DNA of 64,000 nt from Octopus vulgaris (Eukaryota). Of this stretch, positions 1-15,466 are shown piece by piece. The DNA lies in assembly GCA_951406725.2 (NCBI GenBank), contig OX597826.1, forward strand, positions 7,936,001 through 8,000,000. The letters run 5' to 3'. A program made the position numbers and the translations under genes. Positions within the stretch are counted from its first letter, which is position 1, and each line of letters opens with the position of its first letter. The notes beneath the pieces are model-generated. The model saw nothing but the letters and a program-made list of their open reading frames with translations. It made no database searches and had not been told where the DNA came from.

Positions 1-123
1 ATTTTTATCATTAAATTTATTTCTGTAGTTATTTTTCACCACTCGTTGAAAAATCGAATCTTTTGAAACAAAAATGGCTCCCCATTTTCCTCTTTTTTCT
101 TCATCTAGTCTCCTATCTCTCCT

Positions 124-125
<2 letters not shown>

Positions 126-180
<55 letters not shown>

Positions 181-240
181 TTATCTCCCTGCCTGCCTAC
201 CTACCTACTTAGATATATATCTATATATTTATAACTATCC

Positions 241-330
<90 letters not shown>
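126..330. repeat. (TCTA)n microsatellite block
   Basis: Directly visible tetranucleotide runs; they explain ORF 74..481. Confidence 0.95.
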
Positions 331-331
<1 letters not shown>

Positions 332-516
332 AATCTTATCTATCTTGTATCCGTCTGTCTGTCCATCTACGTACCGATCTATCTTTCATTGACCTCGAAC
401 AGTCAATCAAATGAGCTGGGTTCTCGTAACAAGCCAACGAAATTTGAAGTTGCAAAGGGCCAATCAGACGGTTTTAAATAATTGAAGGGTGTGCCTGTAT
501 TTGTGCGTGTGTGTGT

Positions 517-588
<72 letters not shown>

Positions 589-621
589 GCACATATATAT
601 ATATATATATATACGTTATGT

Positions 622-652
<31 letters not shown>

Positions 653-660
653 GATGGAAG

Positions 661-879
661 GAAGTGAGATGGCAGAATCAATAGCGCGCTAGACGAAGTG
701 TTTACAGGTATTTCATCTGCCGGTACCTTCTGAGTTCAAATTCCGCCAAGGTCGACTTTGCTTTTCATCCTTTCGGGGTCGATTAAATAAGTACAAGTTA
801 CGCACTAGGCTTGATGTAATCCTTTTGTCTGTCCTTGTTTTCCCTTCTCTGTTTAGCCCACCCTCTGTGGGTAATAAAG

Positions 880-884
<5 letters not shown>
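661..884 (+). mobile_element. tRNA-derived SINE, working family A
   Basis: A-box-like TGGCAGAATC, B-box-like GAGTTCAAATTCC, central GGTCGACTTTGC..TTTCATCCTTTCGGGGTCGAT and tail ..GTGGGTAATAAAGAAATA; more than 15 similar copies in the window. Confidence 0.9.
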
Positions 885-974
<90 letters not shown>

Positions 975-1045
975 TATATATACATTTATATATATATATA
1001 TATATAACTATATGCATACATACATTAATGTACATACCTACATAC

Positions 1046-1076
<31 letters not shown>

Positions 1077-1299
1077 CATTTATGTGTGCGTGCATGTATG
1101 TGCAAGTATGATGAATATGCAGTATGTGTGTTTGTATGTCCTTGTGAGCGTTCGTGTGTGTGTGTGTCTTTGTGAGTCCATATTGTGTGTGTAAATGTAC
1201 GTGTATGCGTCAGCGTTTGTATGTGTGTGTATCTGACCATATAACTGTGTACTGAATAATTATACTTGTTTATATGCCTACATCTCATTTGTCATATAT

Positions 1300-1830
<531 letters not shown>

Positions 1831-2045
1831 ATACACTCGTTCTAAACCCCCATCACCATTTTGCGATTCTTTCATTTTCCCATACCGTAATCAAAAACCT
1901 CATTTTCTTTTCTTCCTTTTTTTTTTTTTTGTCCTTCTTGCTCTTTCCCCGAAAATTCCTTTACTAGATTTACAGTTTTATCACTCCCATCTACTGCAAC
2001 TTCTTTAGTAGTCTCTATATCTACACAAACACCCATTCGTGCGCG

Positions 2046-2111
<66 letters not shown>

Positions 2112-2122
2112 TACACACAGAC

Positions 2123-2666
<544 letters not shown>

Positions 2667-2857
2667 CGAAGTGGTGCTGAAAAGCTCCTGGCTTTTAAGG
2701 GTATCGCCTAAGTCCTGTTTCGATGCCCGACCTTCTTTTACTAGACTTAGAAATACTAAAGGACCACTGCAATAAGAGAGGGGAGTATGTTCAATAAAAC
2801 CATAATTAACTAAACTTCCTGTATTTTTTGTTACCCAAAGCCAGGATCTTTTCCTCG
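2667..2857 (+). mobile_element. Non-autonomous mariner-like element (MITE)
   Basis: Imperfect TIRs CGAAGTGGTGCTGAAAAGCTCCTGGCTTT / AAAGCCAGGATCTTTTCCTCG; the internal AGGGAGTATGTTCAATAA resembles the mariner C-terminal GEYVE-stop; related reverse fragments at 22250-22310 and 22700-22825. Confidence 0.65.
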
Positions 2858-2880
2858 TGAATATATATATACATGTGTAT

Positions 2881-2955
<75 letters not shown>

Positions 2956-3129
2956 CACACATGCGAATGATGAGCTGATAATCCTTTCAGGATGGATATA
3001 AGCCGCGCCTTGGGTGGTCCTTACCCTTAATGAATGAACTCACACGAAACACCCTGTGTTACAAAAAAGGCAAGACCAGTACATCAGAGGGAGAACTGGG
3101 AAGGGATAAAGAGAGGGAGAAGACAGAGT

Positions 3130-3390
3130 GAGAGAGGAAAACAACTGAAGGGTTTCCAATCTGGAGTCATAAAGTGTGTAATATGAGACTCAAAAATTCT
3201 TAATTTCTTTCAGCCGCTTCATTGGTAGAGTTGATGGGTGGCCATTGATGTCTTGTTGAGTAATCTTCGCTCACGTATACACACAGCCACACACTTTATG
3301 GATAGGTATTTATTTGGAGCAGGTTAGGTTATACAATCACACTCAGTAAACCTAGGTGAGACCCCCAGAATGGAGGTGCTGGGAGTTTAG
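3130..3390 (-). pseudogene. Possible highly decayed Penelope-like GIY-YIG endonuclease C-terminus
   Basis: Broken reverse-frame peptides NLTCSK..KVCGCVYVSE and RLKE..MTPD resemble the YxITCxxCxxxYVGET and WIxxLxTxxPxG motifs of PLE GIY-YIG domains; many stops and frameshifts. Confidence 0.3.
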
Positions 3391-3771
3391 ATGTGACACA
3401 ACATATGTATGTATGTACGTATGTATGTATTTATATATGTATACGTGTATCTTTGTTTGTATGTATGCATGCATGTATGTGTATATATGTATGCATGTAT
3501 GCTTGCATGTATGTATGTATGTATGTGTGTATGTATGTATGTATGTAAGTAAATATGTATGTATGTGTGTATGTATGTATGTATGTGTGTATGTATGTAT
3601 GTATGTATGCTTGCATGTATGTTAGTATGTATGTATGTATGTATGTATGTATGTATTGTTGATATCACATGAATATATAAGCTTTCGAGAGATTGTAAAA
3701 TATTTCTATTTCGAAACATTGGATTTCAAAGCGCATCGCAATGTTATAAATAACATCATGTAAATATTTAT

Positions 3772-3915
3772 TAATTTATTACCCACAAGGGGTTAAACAC
3801 AGAGGGGACAAACAAGGATAGACAAAGGTTTTAAGTTGGCTACATCCACCCCAGTGCGACCCCGAAAAGATGAAAGGCAAAGTCGATTTCGCAGAATTTG
3901 AACTCAGACGGTAAC
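3772..3915 (-). mobile_element. Family A SINE, partial
   Basis: ACCCACAAGGGGTTAAACACAGAGGGGACAAACAAGGA..GATGAAAGGCAAAGTCGA..GAATTTGAACTCAGA. Confidence 0.85.
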
Positions 3916-4089
3916 AGCATATCAGCCGAAACGTTGTGTTAAAAACAAAGAATATGAGGACAAATATCCGTCCAATGTAAATAATGTAAATAAGAGTGAA
4001 TACATAATTAATTAACTAGTTGCTGATTTTTATTAAACCTTTTAAAAAAGTTAAATTAAAAAAAACGGCGGGAACTTAGTTGCCAACCT

Positions 4090-4092
<3 letters not shown>

Positions 4093-4177
<85 letters not shown>

Positions 4178-4343
4178 GACGGGCTTCTGTCAGCTTCCTT
4201 CAAACAAATCCACTCACAAGGCTTTGGTCGGCCCGAAGCTATAGTAGAAGACATTTGCCCAAGGTGCTGCGCAGTGGGACTGAACCTGGAACCATGTGGT
4301 TGGTAAGCAAGCTGATTGTCACACAGCTACACCTGCGCCTATA
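4093..4343 (-). mobile_element. Family B SINE 5' half ending in (TA)n
   Basis: CGACGGGCTTCT..CACTCACAAGGCTTTGGTCGGCCCG..GCAGTGGGACTGAACC..CCTGCGCCT. Confidence 0.9.
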
Positions 4344-4344
4344 A

Positions 4345-5053
4345 AAAATATCATGAAATACTAAAGAGTAAATCTATTCAATAAAATCGCCATTGGCTTT
4401 CAACCATAGCCATCAGAAGACTTCAAAATCTCTTTCAACTCTTCTGGACGTTCCCCCTAGCTCAGTTGCGCCCCACACATAATAAACAAGGGGGTTGGAG
4501 TCTGAGAGTTAGGTGGCCAGATGTTAGGGATAATGTGGTCGCTAAAATTGTCTGACAGCCATGACTGGGTTCTCCTTCTTATGTAGTATGGTGCAGAGTC
4601 CTGTTGCCCAAAGTAGGGTTTTCCAGTAGCCATCCTCTTGACCCAAGGCAGCGCTACCACCTCCAGTCAGTTGATGTTGGCCTCTTTGTTGAGTCTGAGG
4701 CCCTGTGGAAACATTAATGGAGGCATAACGTCGCCATCATAATGATCACTCCGAACATCATGATGTTGACTGGATATTTGATTTTTATCACTCTCGATAC
4801 ATGTCCTCAGATTGCACTGTCATAAGATTGACACCCAAACACTCTGAAATACCCGTACTGGAGCTTCTGGCGCGAATGCCAAGCAGTACAGCATGTCGCT
4901 TCCAAATTTTTGACAGAGTAAATTGCGTCGTGGTGCTATTTTTGTCACAGACGGTACCCAACTGACTCTACGATACTGTATAGTGGACAAAATCAAAAAC
5001 AAACAATGCGTGAAATTAAAAATATAAAATCGTGACAATTTACCCATCGTAGC

Positions 5054-5056
<3 letters not shown>
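4345..5056 (-). mobile_element. Internally deleted Tc1/mariner DD37D (maT-type) transposon remnant
   Basis: Reverse frames give KYPVNIMMFGVI..DGDVMPP..GLRLN..LPWVK..QQDSAP..TQSWLSDNF..IWPPNS(fs)DSNPLVYYVWGA and a C-terminal ANGDFIE-stop. Spacing from the second D to the third-D position is 37 aa once the frameshift is corrected. No HTH domain is visible. Confidence 0.85.
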
Positions 5057-5099
<43 letters not shown>

Positions 5100-5160
5100 T
5101 AAGTATGTATGTATAATGTACACACACACACACACACCCACACACACACACACACACAGT

Positions 5161-5476
5161 AGCACTCCCTCGGTTACGAAGACGAAGGTTCCAGTTAATC
5201 TGATCAACAGAGCAGCTGTTCATGAAAGTAAGGTGCAAGTGACTGGCTCTACAATCACGCGTACCCTTAACGTAGTTCTCAATGATATACAGCGTGACAC
5301 AGTATCTGATAAGGCTGGCCCTTTAATATACGCTTACTACTTATTTTTGCCAGTTGAGTGCACTTGGAATAGAGCAACGTGAAATAAAGAGTCTTGCTCA
5401 AAGACAACACTCGCCACCGGGATTCGAACTCACGATCTTATGATTGGAAGCCGAATACGCTAACCACTGAAGCATG
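5161..5476 (-). mobile_element. Chimeric SINE: family E (CORE-like) head plus family C tail
   Basis: Head CGGGATTCGAACTCAC..CTAACCACTGA and GAGCAACGTGAAATAAAG..TCTTGCTCAA as at 32135-32250; body GTACCCTTAACGTAGTTCTC..GGCCCTTT as at 17858-17920. Confidence 0.8.
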
Positions 5477-8414
5477 AGGAAAATGGAATTCTTCGATTGG
5501 TTAAAGGTTACTACATTGATCATATGTGTCTTTGGTGTAGTCAATTTTCTTAATGAAGAGGAATGGCAGTGCAATGAGGGGGATCTAAGACTGGTTGGCT
5601 AGAAGGAAGAAGGTATCCTCGAACCGAAAGCCTAACTCACATACTTACACAAAGTGAATTTCACTAAAACAACCCGAAGTACCAAGTGGTTTGTCTGACA
5701 TCCAAGCGTGCCACGTCGGGATTTCAGAAGACAAGGAACAAATATGGTAAAGCATCTGGTTTCATTTCATTTCTGGTAATCCATCGCCTCGAATTGATAA
5801 ATATTTATTGGCTCCAAAAGAACCAAAGACAAAATTGCTTATGGCGCGATTTGAACTTGGAGTGCAGGCTCGGAACAAAGGCTGCAAAGGAAGTATACTA
5901 TCCGATGCGCTTACGAACTAGCAATTCGCCGCCGAAAGGAAAGCAGTAGAACATGCTCCATACATTCAACATACTCGTGTGCAAAACCATGAGATGCATG
6001 CATGTTTTCTCTACTATGCGTGACAATACACCGAACAAGAGAGGTTGTGCTGTTTGATAAAGTTTAACTGTTGAGGAAGAAATGAAGGTTTTCTTTTTTT
6101 AATCATTATTGTTATCCTTACTTCTATTTTCATTCTTACATGAGCCTATTTCAGACTATGACAGATCTGTTACATACTAAATAACATAGCCATAGAAGTT
6201 TATACAAGAATTTACCAGTACCGATTTCTTTTACTTTCAGAATTCTTCATACTCAAAATTCTATTATATTCTAAGTAGAGTATAATGCGTCTCCCAAAAT
6301 ACAGAAATAGCAGCAGACATACGCGTGATCTATAATAGACTCTCAAACTTATATCTGTTAATATCATTATTATCCATTAAAACTTAAACTTGTGAGAATT
6401 ATACTTGATGTAATTTTTAAAGAATATTACTATCATTTTTTTTTATCGATTCCAAAAGCTGCAAGTCAAAGACAACTCCCTCAATATTCAAATTACGAAT
6501 TTATGTAAATACAGCAATTTATGTTCTTTAATTCTTCTAAAATTTTGAGGACATTCTTTTGTCTAATATATGATAGAATATTAAATTAAAATGTCAAGCG
6601 ATTAATCTAGCGAAAACTACAATTGGATTTGAAATCTCTTCATTTTCTCCATCTTAATAAGATGGTGTGATGGTGGGTAGGCGTCTAAACTTGAACATGA
6701 CAGCTAGATATCTCTTGTGTTGTTAAACAGATTCTTACACTGTAACCTTAAAATAAATGAAATTTCTTGTAAATATCAATTAAAGTCTTTTTTCGTTTAC
6801 TTTACAGACATTTTCAATTTTAATTTACTTCACAACACGTTAACTATGAATAAGAATAAATAAACAGAGCCAACTTTCATTAAATAAATCGTTTCTTTTC
6901 CCTTTCTAATTAAAAGAACTAAAATAGTAAGTCTTCTGTGACCATCGTTACTCAACTTTAGAATCGGAAAGCATGGTATGAGAAGATATCAGTGAAAGAA
7001 ATCGTTTCAAAACTAAGAGAATTGATATAATGCTGCAATGAGAAGAAGCAGGCGATAAGCAAACATTGAAGATGTTTAAAGGAGCCTGCTGTTTCTATGT
7101 TATTTCAATACACATTATTCATACCATCTGATGAGAAATATTTCCAGAAAAAATAAACATAATTACAAAATAAAATGTAAATAACTACTGTCATTTCAAA
7201 AACGAAAAATGAGGAAAATGTATAATGAAGAAATAAAAAATCGACTAAATAAAATTTGGTGCATTCAATACCATTCAATGTCTTTCTTTGAGTACTCGCT
7301 TTCTATAAAAATTTCGAGATCAATTCGCTTTTCCTTTTCGTATTTAAATAATTTTCCCCTCTATATATTTAACAAATATAAAAATCAAAAACATAATTCA
7401 TTACCCATTTTATTGATCGTCCTAGCTATTCAAAATTCTATGTCCCTTTTGACAGCTATCGTCTGTTTTGTTGAAATAAATTCTGAGATGGTGTTTATGT
7501 CGAAATATGTCTACTCTCTTTTACATTATTAAGGTTGTCATGTAAAACTAAGACTCTTCCAGCTTTTCAGTGTTGAAACTCTACAAATTTTTCTTTCTTT
7601 TCATCTTTTGTACCAGTTGTTTATAATCTCATTTCAAATTATTTTTATAAGCGACCCCATCATTTGAAATGTTATTAAGAAAAACAAGAGAAATTCAAAT
7701 GGAAAATATAACACTAAATAAAAAAAAGGATGGAAAATATTTAAAAAGTGGGACAGAAAATTACGATCTTTAGAAAAAGAAATTTAAATAAATACACAAT
7801 TTCAACTAAATTTGTCACGTTTCTCTCATTTGTTTATTTATTACTAATTCTTTCTAAACAATTTTTTCTTCTTCAGAAAAAGTATTAAATGTATTAATTT
7901 TAATTAAAATTAAACTATTTTGACAATTACCACAGAAACAGAAATAAATGGTATCTTTAAATATGCATTATATTCGTTGAACTATGATGTTTCGTGATGT
8001 TCATGCACCTCTAACAAGAACTGAATTGAAATGTCAAATTTGCATTTAGGAAAAAAATAACAACAATAAAAGTAATAATAATGATAATGATAATAATAAT
8101 AATAATTTCTGTTATTTGCCACCAGGGCGACAGATGAAAAGGAGAATATAAAAGGAAGTATACACGGTATAAAATAAACAAAGAAGGGAAGTATACTTAG
8201 TATGCAATCAAAAAAGAACGATAGTGAAGTAGTGCACATGATACAGGAGGATCTCTAGCGATAATCCAGGAGTCCCATTGTCCCAGATGCCCACGAACAT
8301 CAAGGGTAAGTGTGCACTTCAATTCCTTTCCTCAGATTCACAGGTGTACACTTCGAGCGCTACCATTCGCTCTTGCCATTTTCGCAACTTTCACCCACCT
8401 TTCATTAAATTCAG

Positions 8415-8900
8415 TAATAATCCTTTCTACTATAGGCACAAAGACTGAAATTTGGTGGGAGGGGGGGGAGTTGATTAGATCGACCTCATTATGCAATTGG
8501 TACTTAATCCATCGACTCCAAAATGGTGAAAGGCAAAGTCAACCTTCGCAGAATTTGAACTCAGAACGTAAAGACAGACAAAGTAGAGCTAATTATTTTG
8601 CCCGGTGTGCTATCGATTCTGCCAGCTCGCCGCCTTAACAACTTCACTAATAATGATAGTATACTTTTCTACTCTACACACAAGGCTAGAAATTTTGGAG
8701 GAGAGGACCGAGAGGACCAGTCGATTAGATCGATCCCAGTACGCAACTGTTACTTAATTCATCGACCCCCAAAAGATGAAATGCAAATTCAACCTCGGCG
8801 GAATTTGAACTCAGAACGTAAAGACAAACGAAATAAGGCTAAGTATGTCGCCCGGCGTGCTAACGATTCTGCCAGCTCGCCACTTTAATAACTTCACTAA
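8415..8900 (-). mobile_element. Two tandem family A SINE copies (subtype with AGTAGAAAGGATTATT tail)
   Basis: Two ~240-bp units, each ending GATTCTGCCAGCTCGCC..TTAA(C/T)AACTTCACTAATAAT. Confidence 0.85.
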
Positions 8901-9129
8901 TAATTATAATAAAACTAATATATTCGTACATGGATATATAGTATATATGTATTTGTTATTGAAAAAATTGCGTGCAAAAATTGAACAGAAAGTGTTGACG
9001 GCAATCCGGGTACCTCAAAACCATTTCTTCAATAAATATGACAGACGTTCTAAAACTGTACCAAATCAATCCTTCAGATCTTTCTATCCATTTATAATTT
9101 TATCTTGTTTATATATGTATGTATGTTTG

Positions 9130-9167
<38 letters not shown>

Positions 9168-9295
9168 CATTTATGCGTGATTCTACTGCTCAAGCCTCAT
9201 AGCCTCATTGTTTTGAGGGTGCGTGTGTGTATACACACATATATACATATATATTTATGTATGTATATATGTATGTATGTGTCCGTGTATAACGA

Positions 9296-10210
<915 letters not shown>

Positions 10211-10289
10211 GTAACACAACCAATGCCAGCATTAGCGGGAAAAACCTCACCAAGCAACATCAACAGTAACTTTAGCTTGAATTATGAAG

Positions 10290-10736
10290 GTTCCATCGAT
10301 ATGCTTGAAATTGCTGTCAAATCTCCCTCAAAAACGACATTTATTATTCCTATAGCAAAAAAGACACCTTCGATGATATTGTCCAATGTCTGTGTACGTG
10401 TGGCTCGTAATACATACGTACGTACGTACATACACATATACATACATACACGCACACACAGTCTGTATGTTATATGTTTGTGAATACACGCGTATCGGTG
10501 CGCACGTATACATGTGTATATGTACATTTATATGTGTGTATGTGTGTGTATGTGTGTCTGTGTATACATATGTATATGTGAACATACTTATATATATATA
10601 TTTATATTCTAGTATATTTATATGCATACATACGTGCACACACATTATATATGTGTATGTGTGTGTATACATATGTATATGTAATCATACATATGTAGAT
10701 ATGTATATATATATATATATACATATACACACATAC

Positions 10737-10781
<45 letters not shown>

Positions 10782-10975
10782 TATAGTCTAGTACATTTAT
10801 ATACTTACATGCATATACACACACATTATTTGTGTGTATATGTGTATGTGTGTGTGTGTGTGTGTCAGTGTGTGTGCGTGTGAGTGTTAGGCTGGAAAAA
10901 AAAGATGAAGTGATCATGGCTGGAACATCTTTGATCATAAGATTGCTCAATAAGGGATAGCCTGGGGCTAAACAC
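10290..10975 (+). mobile_element. Old interspersed repeat split by a ~500-bp TA/TG microsatellite; related copies at 20140-20320 (+), 15570-15735 (-) and 34540-35165 (-)
   Basis: Shared degenerate motifs GCT(T/A)GAAAT..GC..AAAT..C, AAAAG..(G)ACAC and G.TCATGGCTGGA.CATCTTT.ATCA..CCT.GGGCTA. Confidence 0.45.
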
Positions 10976-11312
10976 TACCACCACCACCACCAACACCACC
11001 ACCACCAACACCACCACCACCACCACTGCACCTTGTCAATACCACAATCATGCTTCTTGTTTATGTCTTCATTTCAAGTTTCTTTCTTTCTTTTTTTTCT
11101 ACTCACACTTGTCCTATTTTCTCCTTCGTCCTCTTCTTCTTTCCTTCTTCTCCTACTCCTCTTCTCCCTTCTCCTCCTCCCCTCCTTTTTCACCCCCTCC
11201 TCATTGTTATCTTTATTGTTATCTACTATTTTATCTTCTTCGCATTTCTTTTCTACTTTTCTCTTTCACTCTTTCCTTTCTTTACCACCACCACCACCAC
11301 CGCCATCATCAT

Positions 11313-11345
<33 letters not shown>

Positions 11346-11474
11346 CATCAGTACTACAGCAAATACTTCTCTTACTACTACTAATACATCTAATGCTTAC
11401 GTCCTCTTTTTTATCTTCATTCTATTCTCTTCTACTTCTTCGTCACCATCATCTCCGTCATCATCATCATCGTT

Positions 11475-11512
<38 letters not shown>

Positions 11513-12859
11513 TCTGATAATCTACTTCTCTACATTCAGCTATAGTCTTACATCTTCAGCCTCTTTCTTCTCTTCCTTCTTGTTCTTCATCTTGTTAATC
11601 TATATTTTCTTCTTCAACTTCTTCTACTCCATCTTCCTCCTCCTCCTTCTCCTTTTTCTTCTTCTTTACTTTCCTCTTCGTCTTTATCGTTTCCTTCTTC
11701 GTCCCCTTCAACTTTTTTTCCTCCTTCTACTACTACTACTACTACTACTACTACTAACATCATCGTCGCCATCATCACTGTCCCAACCATTACCACTACC
11801 AGTACACCTACTGCTTCTTTTTCTCCTCTTCCTACTCCTCACAATTATGTCCTTTCTCTCACTCTCTCTCTCTCTATCGCTTTCTCTTCTTCCTTCTTTC
11901 TCTCATTTTCTTCTCTCTCTCTCTCTCTCTCTCTCTCTTGCCTCCCCTCCTCCCTACACGTCACCTCCTCTGCCCTCTCTATCTTATCTTGCTATTCGCC
12001 CCTCGTCCTCGCCCCTTTTTCTGTCGTTATTATAATAGGTCTGTCCCCTTTGATGACTCACTGCTATGTAAATAGGAACACCGTAAGGTATAAATGATTT
12101 CCTAGGATGTATTTAAAGGATCAATCTGTCTTAACACCACAACCCCACCCCACTACCACCAACGCCAACACCACGACCACTACACTATCGCCAACACCAC
12201 CAACACCACCACCACTACCACCACCACCACCATCAGCATCAACACTATGACCAACACCATCCCAAACATCACCGCCTCTACCGTCACGACACCGCCACAA
12301 ATATCGCAAGCCATCTCCCCGCCATCTGCACACAACCAGCATGAGAACACCACCACGACTGCAACGCCGATGCTGCCAACGCCGCCGTTACAGCGCTACC
12401 ACTATCACCATCACCACCATGGCGCTATCATGATACCACTACCATGCCACTACTACAAACCACGCAATACTACTGCCATGACGTCGCCATAACGTTACCA
12501 CCACCACCAAGACGCCACTCGAAACAGCACCTTCACCACAACCACCGCACCACGACAATGCTACCACTACCACCACCAAAATGCCACCCCAAATACCACT
12601 CGCGCTACAAAGCCACCACAGCTATCATCACCAAGACGCCACTCCAAACAGCTTCGTTTCCACCACCAGTTCGACACCACTATAATGCCACCCATAACAC
12701 CAACACCATAATGCCACTCCTGACAGCAACTCCATCACTAGGACACCTTCGCAACACCACTCCAACTGTGACACCAACACCGCTATGATACCATCGTATG
12801 TAACACTGATATGACACTACATGAACACCTCTTGGTACAACAACGATGTCAACCTCACA

Positions 12860-13900
12860 AAATCCATCGCCTTAATGATACGAAGATAACAGCTGTAGGA
12901 CCAGCATCGCGATACGAACACAACACCAATACCACCATAATTACATTATGAACGCAGCACCAACACCGCCACCATTACGATACGAACGAAGCAGCACCAC
13001 CCCGCCACCTTCATGATACGAATACAACTCCAACACCGCTACCATCCTTATACAAACACAACTCTAAAACTTTCAAACCTCAGGGCACGAATAGAACTCT
13101 AATACCACTGCCTTCACGATACGAACACAACTCCAACACATCACAATGCCAACGCTGCACCAACACCACCGCCATCACCATCATAATAGAAACACAGCAC
13201 CAATACCACCACTATCACGATACGAACACATCTCTAAAACAATCATCATCACGATACGAACACGAGTCCCACATCCTCTCCATCAAATACGAACAGAACT
13301 CCACACCAAAACCATCACGATACGAACGCAACTGCAACACCGTCACTTTTACGACACGAACACAATTCTAAAACTATCTCCATCACAATATGAACACAAC
13401 TCCCAAGTCATTTCCATCACGATACGAACTCAGCTCTAAAACTTTCGAACCTTAGGAAACGAACAGAACTCTAATACCTATTTCTTTACTACCCAAAAGG
13501 GGCTAAACACAGAGAGGACAAACAAGGACAGACAAACGAATTAAGACGATTATATCGACCCAGTGCGTAACTGGTACTTATTTAATCGAACCCGAAAGGA
13601 TGTAAAGCAAAGTCGACCTCGGCGGAATTTGAACTCAGAACGCAACGGCAGACAAAATACCACTAAGCATTTCGCCCGGCGTGCTAACGTTTCTGCCAGC
13701 TCGCCGCCTTAAACTCTAATACCACTACCTACCTTCACGACACGAACAAAACTCTCACACAACCACCATCACAATACGGACGCAGCACCAACGCAGCACC
13801 AACATCGTGTTCGCACTAACATCGTGTTCGCACTAAACCGCAGAACTACTGCAATCGCGATACGAATGCATCACCATCAAGATCATCACAACAACACCAT
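12860..13900. repeat. Degenerate ~30-36-nt C/A-rich minisatellite (unit ~ACCATCACGATACGAACACAACTCCAACACCGCC)
   Basis: The core CGATACGAAC and its variants recur many times with ~30-36-nt periodicity. Confidence 0.85.
13479..13711 (-). mobile_element. Full-length young family A SINE with 12-bp TSD
   Basis: TSD AACTCTAATACC at 13467-13478 and 13712-13723; an uninterrupted target-like unit survives at ~13096. Confidence 0.95.
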
Positions 13901-14197
13901 TGCTAATCACGAGTCCCAAAACACCACCACAACGCCTTTCGCCACCGCCATCATCAAGTACACAATTCTGGTCAAAAGGGGGAAAAAAATAACAATCTCG
14001 TGGGTTGGCGGGGAGGAGAAAGGAATTGTGAGGGGGTTAGTGGATGAGGGTGTAGCAGGGGAAGGAGATATGTTGGGCAGGGTATGTGTGGGAGTGAGAG
14101 ATATGTAAGGTGGGGGTGTGTGCTGCGATCGAGTAAGAGATGTTGCAGAATGGAAGATATGTAAGCGTGTGTGGTAGATAGATGCTTATAGCAGGTA

Positions 14198-15466
<1,269 letters not shown>

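Noticed and set aside
5950-8300. 2.3-kb AT-rich non-repetitive stretch including ORF 7209..7532
   Set aside because: No recognisable motifs, convincing splice pairs or terminal repeats; possibly old decayed TE sequence, but not supportable.
12860-13900. Regularly spaced ~33-nt repeats superficially like a CRISPR array
   Set aside because: The units are contiguous and degenerate, with no unique spacers and no cas genes, in a eukaryotic context.
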